Source of the DNA: Octopus bimaculoides
Lineage: Eukaryota
Direction: 5' to 3'
NCBI RefSeq assembly: GCF_001194135.2
Contig: NC_068993.1
Coordinates: 38,654,754-38,687,506 of the forward strand
DNA: 32,753 bases
Shown here: piece by piece, positions 11,592 through 22,258 of the stretch
Layout: every line of letters starts with the position of its first letter
Position numbering within the stretch: the stretch's first letter is position 1
Notes under the pieces: generated by a model
The model's database searches: none
Told to the model about the DNA's origin: nothing
The model's input: only the letters and a program-made list of their open reading frames with translations
Made by a program: the position numbers and the translations under genes

Positions 11592-12334
11592 GATTGAGTA
11601 GGTGTAAATGTTTTGTAGAATCATCGGTGTTTACCATTATTTAGCGTTTGGCACTCAGTCGGGTAATATTTGATATTACGATGATTAATTTAAAGCAATA
11701 GAGAACGGTTGGAACTAGATTTAGTATTCTAAGGAAAATCAACAAAGCTATAGCAACAACGTGTAAATATATATTGAGGAATAGGAAATAGTCCTTTGTC
11801 TGAACTTATTTGTGCATTCTTTAAAGCAAATTTTTCCCAAGATCATCTGTTGATGAAATCTCTGAGACAAGTTTAGATAGTCTGCTAAATGTTAGCCATG
11901 ACTTCTGCTAATCACCAAACATTAGCTGCTGTCAGAGAGAAAAATTTAAAAGCTTGTGCAATCCATGACAGAAATTATTCCAACGTAAATTAAAAACGGC
12001 ACAAAAACTAGCAAAATCCTCCATCAATAAATCTTCCTTTCTTTCCTTTCCAATCTTCCTCTTCTTTTCCTTCGTTTTTTCTCTCCTTTTTAACCTTTTT
12101 TTATGTCTTTGGTTGTTTCCTTTTTCATTTTCGTCCTGATGAAAATGGTTGGTTCTTAGCACATTTCTATAAGAGGAGTGTTTTATCTAGCATGAGAATA
12201 TGTCCAACTTTTGCAGGGTGGACAATTAACAGCCTAATTGGTAAAGAGCTTTATTGATAAGTCGGAAAATTGTCAGCACTTAGCTTTCCAACGAAGATGA
12301 CAGATTTTAAAAGACTAAATAAATTTAGATTGTG

Positions 12335-12447
12335 GTTGGTTGGTTAGTTGGCTGGCTGGCTGGTTGGTAGTTGTGGGTGAAGTGAGAGGTGACTGGGAGT
12401 AGTAGAAGTGTGCGACAATACCAGCGGTGGTAGTAGTGGTAGTAGTG

Positions 12448-12478
<31 letters not shown>

Positions 12479-12680
12479 CTGTAGTAGTAGTAGTAGTAAG
12501 CGGAGAAGAAGGAGTATGATTATAGATTGGGAAAGAAGACGTATTGTTAATATTTTAGGGAGACGATGATGATGATGTCAATGATGTTGATACTGATAAC
12601 GACGATAACGATTATGATGATGACAGTGAGGGTGGTGTTGATGATTGTAGTGGTGGGGATGACAATGATGATGTATCTGC
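12335..12680. repeat. Compound (GGTT/GGCT)n, (GTA/GTG)n and (GAT)n microsatellites
   Basis: Directly visible. Confidence 0.9.
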
Positions 12681-12789
12681 AAGCGTGTTTAGTGGTCGAG
12701 TTTCAAACTTTGCAAACTTATTTCATGCTTCTCTTTTCCGCTTGTTGAACGATTATGAAAAAAAAAAAAAAAAAGAAATACATTTCAAA

Positions 12790-13540
12790 GACATAATATA
12801 AAGGTGTTCTGATATCTGGACAACTTTTTGTTGCTAACATTTGAAACAACAAAAGGAGAGATGACATGTGGCCAGGAAGTGCCAAACTATACTTGCAAGT
12901 CCTAATGACTCACGAAAACCACATTGTCATACTTTAACTGTGCACAGTTAAGAGCGTCGAGAAGGCAAGAGATTAATTATGAGAGGAAAAAGATTTGCTA
13001 TATTTGTCGTAGTAAGAATCGTCTCAGAGCTGATTGTCCTGAAGAATTTGAACAAAGGAAAAGAATGAAAATGATGAAGATTAACTGAAATAACTCCACG
13101 TCAGCTAAAACTCTCAAATACCCAGAATTAGAAATAGATGAGCTAAAAAATCGTTGAATACAGTGTCAACCAGTAGTACCACATTATAATGCAATCAAGA
13201 AGAAATAAAAGTTACACATGAAAACCCATAAACTGTTGTAATAAACACGGAAGGAGCATAAAACACAACTCTCAAAAAGAGGGCTCAACATAAAGCAACG
13301 AATACGGGCACTTTTTTCAAAACAATAGTGATATCTTCTCCTCGGGAATATAACGAAGGAAATGAAGAGGATGAAGCAGAACTAAGATTCACCGTCCTTC
13401 GAAAATCAAACAAGCAATTAATACACAAAATGACAGTTATGATGCCGCGTACTTTCCGAAGAAATAAGTATGTTCACAAAAACAGTTTGCTTCAAAATAT
13501 AAACAACATGCAAAAGATAGATTATAAGTAAAAATAAAAC
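12790..13540 (+). mobile_element. Decayed retroelement ORF1/Gag-like fragment with a CCHC zinc knuckle
   Basis: 12996-13046 translates CYICRSKNRLRADCPEE (CX2CX4HX4C with H replaced by R, CAT to CGT); a second eroded knuckle (YTCKS) near 12888; downstream charged low-complexity frames with stops. Confidence 0.5.
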
Positions 13541-13710
13541 TAAAACATTATAGTGATCTCTTCAGCGACACTTTTTATTTTCGCGTGTGTTCTTGCTCCA
13601 CTTACTCCATTTGTTCTTTCATATATATGTACATATATACATACACACACACGTATTTATATATGCGTATACACATAATACATACATACATGCATACACA
13701 CACACATATA

Positions 13711-13748
<38 letters not shown>

Positions 13749-13749
13749 C

Positions 13750-13850
13750 CATGTGGTTTGGAGTTCTGGCCAAGCGTTTTCTACTATAGCTCTGGGCTTA
13801 CCAAATCCTTGAGAATGGATTTGGCCGAAGCAGTGTTAAAACCCATCATA
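13750..13850 (+). mobile_element. Partial family A SINE head
   Basis: CCATGTGGTT...TTCTACTATAGCTCTGGGCTTACCAAATCCTTGAGAATGGATTTGG. Confidence 0.65.
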
Positions 13851-13880
13851 TATGTATGCGTGTGTGTGCATATATATATA

Positions 13881-15071
13881 TTGGGTTGAAGAATAATGCA
13901 TGAGCGTTTTCTTTTTCCAAATTTAAAAATGCACGTAGAAATAAAGCGCATGGGCAAAATGTTTAATGTCATTTAAAAGAGATTATTTTGCTCTACGAGA
14001 TAGTGTATTTTGATTTTTAAAATTTTGATTTCTTTTTTTTTTTTTGTGTGTATTTTCAGATCATTAAAATGGAATGTCAAGTGGACAAAACTGAGCATTT
14101 TCGACACCATTTGCTTTCTGCCTTTAATAGAGGTCTTAAGGCCGCCGAAGATGCTCGTGATATTTGTGCTGTGTATGGAGAATGAGCAATGCCTCAAAGT
14201 AGCACCCGCCATTGGATTTTGCGCTTCGAAAATGAGAATTTTGACCTCAAGGACGGATCACACACCAGTCGACTAATTGAACTGAATGAAGAGCGATTGA
14301 ATCAACTTCTTCACGAAAATCCACGTCAAACGACCAGAGAATTGACGGAACAGATAGATTGTGATAAGAAAAAAACTGTGGTGAACCACCTTCACTCAAA
14401 TGGCAAGGTTCAGAAACTCGGCGCTTGAGGGCCATACACCTCGAGCGAAAGCAATAAAAATCAACACTCCACAATCGCCGCCAGTTTTCTCGCTCGGTAT
14501 CGCTCAACATATGGCCACAGACAATGTTTTCTTTACTGCATTGTCACTGACGATGAAAAATTGTGCCTATACATCAATATGAAGCAGCGAAAAGACTCCG
14601 CAAGCGACTCCACGAGCAAAACAAGACCTTCATCCTCGAAAGGCCATGTCGTGTGTATGGTTGGACTGGGAAGACTGAATAGGCTAAAAGGTGTTCTTCT
14701 GCAACACGACAACCCACGTCCTCACATTACCAATATGATCAAAGCCGCGATTCAAGAACTCGAATGGGAAACGCTGTCTCATCTACCACACTCTCCAGAC
14801 TTGGTGCAGTCAGATTTTCATCTCTTTCGACCGCTTTTGAACGCTTTGCGCCGTGTATCGTTCAATAATGACATGGAATTGAGGGTTTGGTTGAACGAAT
14901 TCTTTGAGTCAAGACCGAGAGATTTATATTGCCAAGGCATTGAAAAACTTATTGAACGATGGGAGGAAATCGTAAACAAAAAATGGAGCGTATATTATTG
15001 ATTAATTTGTTGTAATTTTTTTGTTTAAAATAAATTTGTAAAAAACGTTCATGAATTATTCCTCAACTCAA
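13881..15071 (+). mobile_element. Mariner (DD34D) transposon, full-length outline, defective
   Basis: TIRs TTGGGTTGAAGAATAATGCATGAGCGTTTT and reverse complement TTGAGTTGAGGAATAATTCATGAACGTTTT; TA on both sides; 1191 bp. Confidence 0.95.
14069..15005 (+). pseudogene. Mariner transposase pseudogene
   Basis: MECQVDKTEHFRHHLL...; VTDDEK, LLQHDNPRPH and HSPDLVQSDFHLF with 34 residues between the second and third Asp; stops, frameshifts and an internal deletion before KGVLLQHDN. Confidence 0.95.
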
Positions 15072-15227
15072 TATACACATACACTAGTGAGTGTGTGTGT
15101 GTATGCATACGTGCGTGTGTGTGTGTGTGTGCTGTGTGCATCATCGTATATTTTTGGTTTACTGGATCTCGAAGCACGTAACTTTATAACTAATTAGCAT
15201 GTAAATATTGGGTTTAAAAGACCTCAG

Positions 15228-15342
15228 GGTTAGAAAAATGTCGGACGCTGTTCGTGGTACTTGAACGCATGACAGGCGTTCTATCATATCTACGAGGTAT
15301 ATGGGTTCAAGACCCACGGACAGCCACCGAGCTTCTCTAGCC
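15228..15342. ncRNA. Candidate structured RNA: ~115-nt hairpin with B-box-like motifs
   Basis: 15247-15270 vs 15301-15324 complementary at 20/24; extended by TCGG/CCGA and GGTTAGAAAA/TTCTCTAGCC; GTTCAAGAC B-box on the plus strand. Confidence 0.4.
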
Positions 15343-15664
15343 ATTTATGAAACTTTAGTCTTACCAACGAAAATTGTATGTTGTTGACGACATAAGAATT
15401 TCTGAACTTTCGAAAGAACGTGAAATAATTAAAAAAAAAATTATTTCACGTCCTTTCCATACGCATTTGTTCGCGCGCGCACACACACACATACATACGT
15501 ATATGGAAAAGAAGTGGTGATGAGGATGCTGTTGACATACAAACATATATATATATATGCATGTGTATACATAAATACATACATACGTACATACACACAC
15601 ACACACACATACATACACACACACACACATGTATGAGAACAGGAGGAAACACGTGGGATGGAGA

Positions 15665-15707
15665 GTCGCTGAAGATGTCACAGGATGTGTGACGAAAGAT
15701 TTCAGAC
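15665..15707 (+). ncRNA. Minimal type-I hammerhead motif
   Basis: GUCG-CUGAAGA-U-GUCACA(GGAUG)UGUGAC-GAAA-GAUU-UC-AGAC; 6-bp stem II; G-A mismatch at the base of stem I. Confidence 0.6.
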
Positions 15708-16830
15708 AAACCATGCTAAAAGAATAATAATAATAAAGCTGAAGTGAAGAACAAGTATATATAGTGCGTGTGGTTAAACGACCCCACAAAAATGATTATC
15801 CCCCAAAATAACTATACATACATACATATATATATATGTATATATATATATNNNNNNNNNNNNNNNNNNNNNNNNNNNNNNNNNNNNNNNNNNNNNNNNN
15901 NNNNNNNNNNNNNNNNNNNNNNNNNNNNNNNNNNNNNNNNNNNNNNNNNNNNNNNNNNNNNNNNNNNNNNNNNNNNNNNNNNNNNNNNNNNNNNNNNNNN
16001 NNNNNNNNNNNNNNNNNNNNNNNNNNNNNNNNNNNNNNNNNNNNNNNNNNNNNNNNNNNNNNNNNNNNNNNNNNNNNNNNNNNNNNNNNNNNNNNNNNNN
16101 NNNNNNNNNNNNNNNNNNNNNNNNNNNNNNNNNNNNNNNNNNNNNNNNNNNNNNNNNNNNNNNNNNNNNNNNNNNNNNNNNNNNNNNNNNNNNNNNNNNN
16201 NNNNNNNNNNNNNNNNNNNNNNNNNNNNNNNNNNNNNNNNNNNNNNNNNNNNNNNNNNNNNNNNNNNNNNNNNNNNNNNNNNNNNNNNNNNNNNNNNNNN
16301 NNNNNNNNNNNNNNNNNNNNNNNNNNNNNNNNNNNNNNNNNNNNNNNNNNNNNNNNNNNNNNNNNNNNNNNNNNNNNNNNNNNNNNNNNNNNNNNNNNNN
16401 NNNNNNNNNNNNNNNNNNNNNNNNNNNNNNNNNNNNNNNNNNNNNNNNNNNNNNNNNNNNNNNNNNNNNNNNNNNNNNNNNNNNNNNNNNNNNNNNNNNN
16501 NNNNNNNNNNNNNNNNNNNNNNNNNNNNNNNNNNNNNNNNNNNNNNNNNNNNNNNNNNNNNNNNNNNNNNNNNNNNNNNNNNNNNNNNNNNNNNNNNNNN
16601 NNNNNNNNNNNNNNNNNNNNNNNNNNNNNNNNNNNNNNNNNNNNNNNNNNNNNNNNNNNNNNNNNNNNNNNNNNNNNNNNNNNNNNNNNNNNNNNNNNNN
16701 NNNNNNNNNNNNNNNNNNNNNNNNNNNNNNNNNNNNNNNNNNNNNNNNNNNNNNNNNNNNNNNNNNNNNNNNNNNNNNNNNNNNNNNNNNNNNNNNNNNN
16801 NNNNNNNNNNNNNNNNNNATATTTATACAT

Positions 16831-16888
16831 AGGCGGTGCTCAAGCATGGCCGCAGTCAAATGACTGAATCAAGTAAAAGAAAAATAAT
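16831..16888 (+). mobile_element. 3' end of a family A SINE
   Basis: AGGCGGTGCTCAAGCATGGCCGCAGTCAAATGACTGAATCAAGTAAAAGA; the rest is in the gap. Confidence 0.85.
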
Positions 16889-16958
16889 GTATATAAGCCT
16901 ACATATGTACCGACATATATATGGATATATAAATACATACACACATATATATGTATAC

Positions 16959-17001
<43 letters not shown>

Positions 17002-17007
<6 letters not shown>

Positions 17008-18245
17008 TCGATGGGTAAATTGTCATTTTATATCTTTAATATCGCCCATGCGCACTGTTTGTTTCTGATTTTGTCGACTACACAGTATAACAGGATCAGT
17101 TGGGCACCGTCTGTGAGAAAAACAGCACCATGGCGCAATTCACTCTGCCAGAAATTTGGAAACGACATGCTTTACTACTTTGCATTCACACTGGATGCTC
17201 CTATACAAACATTTCATACCATTTGGGTATCAATCTGAGGGCAGTTCAGAGGATTCGGAAAGACCTGGATGAGTCTAATGGTGTTTACGAACGTACGGAA
17301 GTTTGGAAAACCCACTCTGATCGTTCTGATAAGAAAAGAACTCCTGAATTTGTTGGTGAGATCCAGGCCATGATTCACAACGATCCCTCCAAGTCAATCA
17401 GCTCCATTGCCAGGGACATGGCAGTGTCTGAGTTTCTTATCAGGCAGGGAGTGCATGAAGACATTCAATATTTCTCATACAAGATGAGAAAGGGCCAATT
17501 TTTATCCCAAGTTTATGAAAGACAAGAGGAAAGACCGCGCTAAGAAATTTTTGAACAAACTCAACCATCCCCTTCAACCGAACATGCTTTGGTTTTTCTC
17601 AGACGAGAAACATTTCTGTTAGAATCAGATAGTGAACACACAGAATAACTATTGGCTTGCCGTGTCCTCAAAATAAAAAAGAGTGATGAAAATCAAACAG
17701 CCAGTCGACATCATTGTGGTTGGAGTGATCACTAGTGATGGTGACGTTATGCCTCCATTCATCTCTCCACATGGCGTCAGACTCAACATGGAGTCCTACA
17801 TCAAGTGCTTGGAGGAGGTAGTGCTGCCCTAGGTGAAGAGTGTAGCTTCTGGAAGACCCTATGTTTGGCAACAGGACTCTGCACCATGCCACACAAGCAG
17901 AAGAACCCAGTCATGGCTGTCAGACAATTTCTGCGACAACATCACCCCTAACATCTGACCACTTAATTCCCTAGAGTGCAACCCTCTTGCATGGGGCCCA
18001 GTTGAGCGAGAGACCATCAAAACTCCTTGTAACTCCAAAGATGAACTGAAGGCAAAGAGTTGCTGCAGATTCCGAAGTCGTCTGGAGACCATAGTTGAAG
18101 CCAATGACGATTTTATTGAATAAATTTACTCTTTAGTATTTCAAGACATTTTTATGTAATTTTGGTAAATATATCTGTTAAATGAGATGTCAATGTTATT
18201 TTCATTTTTGCGTAATTTAGACGACAATCTATTCACCTCAACCTG
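17002..18245 (+). mobile_element. maT / DD37D-type Tc1-mariner transposon, defective
   Basis: Imperfect TIRs TAGGGTTCGATGGGTAAATTGTC and reverse complement CAGGTTGAGGTGAATAGATTGTC; TA flanks. Confidence 0.9.
17130..18123 (+). pseudogene. DD37D-type transposase pseudogene
   Basis: MAQFTLPEIWKR...; WFFSDEK, YVWQQDSAPCH and (W)PLNSLECNPL with 37 residues up to the position of the deleted third Asp; ends EANDDFIE*. Confidence 0.9.
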
Positions 18246-18273
18246 TATATATATGTGTGTGTGCGTGTACATA

Positions 18274-19500
18274 CAGTAGTGGCCATAATATAAGGGTCAG
18301 TAAGAACAAGTGTATTAAAATATTTATTATAGAAGGTTACCAAAACGTTGAGACTAGATATTTTACATATATTTAGATATATCTAATGTCTATCTTTTGT
18401 GAAAATTTCAAATGAATGGAATAAATATTCCGTAAGTTATGAAGAAATAAACAAATAATCATCCAAACTGCAACGGCCAAACGTTAAGAATCACTTAGAA
18501 NNNNNNNNNNAAAAAAAAGAAACCCTTACTATTAACATTTTGTGAACATCTCTTTACTATCAATGGCCTCCTGACAACTGTTACCACAGGACTGAATTAA
18601 TTTCTTGCAAAATGATGGAGTAATATAGTTCCATTCGTTTTTCAATAATTCCCAGAATTCATCTTGGCTCTTTGGATTTCTCCTTCGCGCCCCTTCTCCA
18701 ATAATTTGGCAAACGTTTTCTATAGAGTTGAGATCGGGACTTCGTGCTGACCAATCCATGATATCAACCCCTTCATCACTCTAAAAATCTTTGACTCTCT
18801 TCGCAGTGTGACAGGGAGCGTTTTCCTGCTCGAAGATTGGAGGTTGAACTGACGAGGATCGGAGATGTGGAATGGCGTGCTAAGAATCTGCTTGTAGATT
18901 TCAGCATTGACAGTCCTTTGTAGTCGAATAAGTAGACCAGGACTATCAGCAGAGATCACTCCATACCTTTACGCTGCCTCCTCCAGATTTCACTGTCTTC
19001 GTCACATGCACGAGATAACCTTTCGTCACTTCTTCGTCAGACATACATCCCGCCATCGGAATCAATCACATTAAACTTCAGTTCATCGCTAAGGTGAACC
19101 CGTGACCACTATTCCTCTGTCCAAGCGAAATATTCGTGAGCGAAATGAAGACGGGCTCTTTTTGGAGATCAGAGGTTTCTTTGTTGGTGCCCGAGCAAGC
19201 AACTCAGAACCTCGTAACCTCCGAGAAACTGTTTTGTGCAATACGTTGGCATCGGAAGTGGAGCTAAACTTGCGAGATATCCTAGCAGCACTCTTAAACC
19301 TATCCTTCAGTGACATTCTAACCATAATACGATCCTGTATTGATGAAGTTTTACGAGGTCTACCGGTTTAGAGCTTTTCATCTGTCGACCTGATGACTTA
19401 AGACGAGCTACAATTCGTTGGACAACACTTCTAGACCTTCTTCCTACAGTAGTTGCTATCACAGAATTTGACTTACTCGTTTAGGTAATAGTAATCGTTT
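18274..19500 (-). mobile_element. Tc1-like (DD34E) transposon lacking its 5' end
   Basis: One terminus TA|CAGTAGTGGCCATAAT; no matching second TIR found; right boundary approximate. Confidence 0.85.
18532..19475 (-). pseudogene. Tc1 transposase pseudogene
   Basis: TGRPRKTS, KKPLIS, LSDELKF, KSGGGSVKVW, EQENAPCH and DWSARSPDLNSIENV across shifted frames. Confidence 0.93.
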
Positions 19501-19933
19501 CTTAGGAAATAAATTAGTTTTTTACAGGACTGCAAAGAGAAGTGCTCAAGTTAATTGAGACAAGGATAAAAAAATTATTAGTTACAGAATAAAAGCTTTA
19601 CATTTGGGTCAACGACTCAACATACAACAGTCCCCTCAATAAATGATCATATATAGAGAAATACATCAAAGTCCACAAATACATAAGAAAAATAAAATGC
19701 AAGATTAAAACACACAATATAAAAATTTATTTATATATATATTTTTTCTACTAACATACAAATAAATCAAATTTGAGTTAAAAATATAACACAATATATA
19801 TATGTATATCTTTTTATAATTCCAATTCGAATAAAATTAAGCGATTAAAAATTCAAAATAGACAAATAAAGCAAAATAGAATACGATAAAATGAAGTAAA
19901 ATAAAATACTATAATAGTCCATCGGCTAAAATA

Positions 19934-20813
19934 CTATATCTGGTGACAAAACTTTAAGATGACAAAAAACTTTAAAAATAATTTAACATCATTTAAAGTT
20001 ATATTAGAAGGTCCTGTACTTCCCTCAAGGCACACGTAATAACAGCAGATTTCTATAGGTAAAATCCGTCTCTGCTCACCAAACTTACAAAAGTTCACAA
20101 AACCACTGGTCAAAACACACACAACACAAGCACCTATGGCCATTTCAAGGGTACACCACCGTAGTCCTATGTGCACGACCTGAAGAAGAAAAATAAGAAA
20201 TATTCTCTTGAATGGTCGATTGTATCGAGAGCCCATTGTTTTAGAGCAAATATTAGCAAATGTCTATTGTATATTAGGGAATCCCTCACTATACTTAGGT
20301 TGCTTGGGCCGAAAACTTTAAATAAATTCACTGAAGTGATCTCCTTCTACAATCATAGGTTTTCCTCCACTTTCTTGAAGGTATATAGAAATAAAAATAG
20401 AAATAAAAGATATAAATATAAATAAGATTATTTGTCTGCTTTAGGGTGATTTGAAACCAGGAGGATTACATTAGTTACTACAGCCAATTTGAATTTTTTT
20501 TCTTTTTTTTATTATTCATGACGTGGACTGGTTTTTCCCTCTTGACTATATAAGCCTGTTATATTTTAAAAAATAATTCCTTTTGCATGTCTTGATGTTT
20601 GTTTGTAATTGTTACCCTGAGGAGTGGGGTCATCACCGGATTGCACTATGACGTGTATGGACTACGGTGGTGTACCCTTGAAATGGCCATAGGTGCTTGT
20701 GTTGTGTGTGTTTTGACCTATGTTTTTGACCTATGTTTTTGACCGGTGGTTTTTGTGAACTCATGTGAGTTTGGTGAGCAGAGACGGATTTTACCTATGG
20801 AAGTCTGCTGTTA
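19934..20813 (+). mobile_element. 5'-truncated Penelope-like element with an inverted terminal copy
   Basis: Inverted repeat 20040-20177 vs 20652-20813; enclosed frame LKKKNKKYSLEWSIVSRA...CLLYIRE...LNKFTEVISFYNH resembles the PLE GIY-YIG C-terminus; decayed HHR-like core at 20617. Confidence 0.75.
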
Positions 20814-21139
20814 NNNNNNNNNNNNNNNNNNNNNNNNNNNNNNNNNNNNNNNNNNNNNNNNNNNNNNNNNNNNNNNNNNNNNNNNNNNNNNNNNNNNNNN
20901 NNNNNNNNNNNNNGTGTGTGTGTGTGTGTGTATGTCTCTATGTATATGTATGTAACTTTGTATCTGTTACTGTTTTACAGATTGTATCCTTATCATTACA
21001 TAGTTGTTTATAAAAGAAAAAATATATGACAATAAGTTAAAAAACAAAGGAGACTGAAATTGTAACAAATTTAAATGTCTTGTAGACACAACATAGCAGA
21101 ATAGGACAGTATAAATTATAAACATCAGAGTAAGAAAAA

Positions 21140-21345
21140 AAATACATCAAAATGTTTGAGATAGTTCTAAGAAACCAGAAAGGGTTCTTGCAGATCATTA
21201 TGTAATTCTTGCATGATAAGACTAACTAGATAAAAAGCAGTTCTTTTGCCTTATCCATTCTGCTTTGTCTGCCATTTTGTCTTGAGCTGATATCTCCAGA
21301 TAATGTAGTTCATTCCTCTGGCTGGTAAATGAACATGGACTGAAA
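21140..21345 (-). mobile_element. Possible old RTE-like 3' remnant
   Basis: Minus frame YLEISAQDKMADKAEWIR resembles the AQDRxxWR end of RTE ORF2; weak. Confidence 0.3.
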
Positions 21346-21423
21346 AATGTTGGTCTATACACATAAATGAATACACAAACACACTCTGCGAATACGTACA
21401 CATGTTGTTTGTGATAATTATGA

Positions 21424-21690
21424 GATCATCTTGAAATGTTGCTGGTTATATTCTAACATTCTACATTGCCTCAGTTCACCTATGATATCTCTTGGTGGTA
21501 GGTACCAGATCATCTGAGAATGTTACCTGTGATAGACCAGCATTCTACATTGCCTCAACTCATCTGTCTGTCAGTAATAGATATCTGATCATCTGGAAAT
21601 GTTGACTTTGATATACCAACATTCTACATTGTCTCATTTCACCTAGCTACCAGTAGCAAGTACCAAATCATATGGGATTTTTATGTGTAT
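21424..21690. repeat. ~80-bp minisatellite, about 3.3 diverged units
   Basis: (G/A)ATCAT unit starts at 21424, 21508, 21587 and 21666; CATTCTACATTG(C/T)CTCA recurs in the first three units. Confidence 0.85.
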
Positions 21691-21699
21691 TATACCAAG

Positions 21700-21906
21700 T
21701 GAAATTTTGGTTTGAAATTTTGGCTCAAGGGCAGGGTAAGTCAATTACTTTAACTCCAGTACTCTACTGGTACTTATTTTGTTGATTCTGAAAAGATGAA
21801 AGACAAAGTCGTCCTTGGTGGAATTTGAATTCAGAGAATAAAGACAGACAAAATATTGCTAAGCATTTTGCCCGGCGTACTAATGGTGCTGCCAACTTGC
21901 CACCTT
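21700..21906 (-). mobile_element. Family B SINE
   Basis: Reverse complement matches family B (GAATTCAAATTCC B-box, AAGTACCAG body). Confidence 0.85.
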
Positions 21907-21914
21907 AATGTCTT

Positions 21915-22142
21915 GTAAAAATATTGGTTTCAAATTTTAGCATGAAGCAGCAAGTTTAAGTGAGCGGTTAAGGTGATTACATCGACCCCCAGTGTTCAAC
22001 CGGTACTTATTTTATTGATCCCCGAAAGAATGAAAGACAAAGTCATCTTGCATGGAATTTGAGCTTAGAATATAATGCTGCTAGAACATAATGCTTAGAA
22101 CATAATGCTGCTAAGCTGACAGTTCTGGCAGCTCACAGCCTT
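21915..22142 (-). mobile_element. Family B SINE with a short internal triplication (TAGAA(C/T)ATAATGC)
   Basis: Family B body; repeated unit at ~22066-22112. Confidence 0.85.
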
Positions 22143-22258
22143 AATACCTTGTAAAAAATATTAAGTCTTACTTGATGAAATGGTCATAGCTGGAATACTC
22201 TTGATTGAATGTTTGTTTCAAGAGTATTGCTCTTGAGCTAAACAACATTAACAATGCC

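Noticed and set aside
12136-12170. CTGATGA followed by an AAATG/CATTT stem
   Set aside because: No GAAA follows the stem; not a hammerhead.
13040-13075. CTGAAGA...GAAA inside the ORF1 remnant
   Set aside because: No stem I or stem III; chance match in A-rich coding sequence.
15247-15328. tRNA interpretation of the hairpin (7-bp acceptor-like stem, GGGTTCAAGACCC T-arm)
   Set aside because: No D arm or anticodon arm can be built; the complementarity extends as one long duplex.
15366-15402. 37-nt minus-strand exon-like cassette (ttcag|...MSSTTYNFR...|gtaaga)
   Set aside because: Single unsupported cassette with no partner exon or homology.
19010-19045. Minus-strand CUGACGA...GAAA in the Tc1 transposase
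   Set aside because: No stems; lies in recognisable transposase coding sequence.
21424-21690. CRISPR-like or bacterial-type interpretation of the tandem repeats (also 25416-25580)
   Set aside because: The units are diverged tandem copies without unique spacers, in a eukaryotic context with no cas genes.
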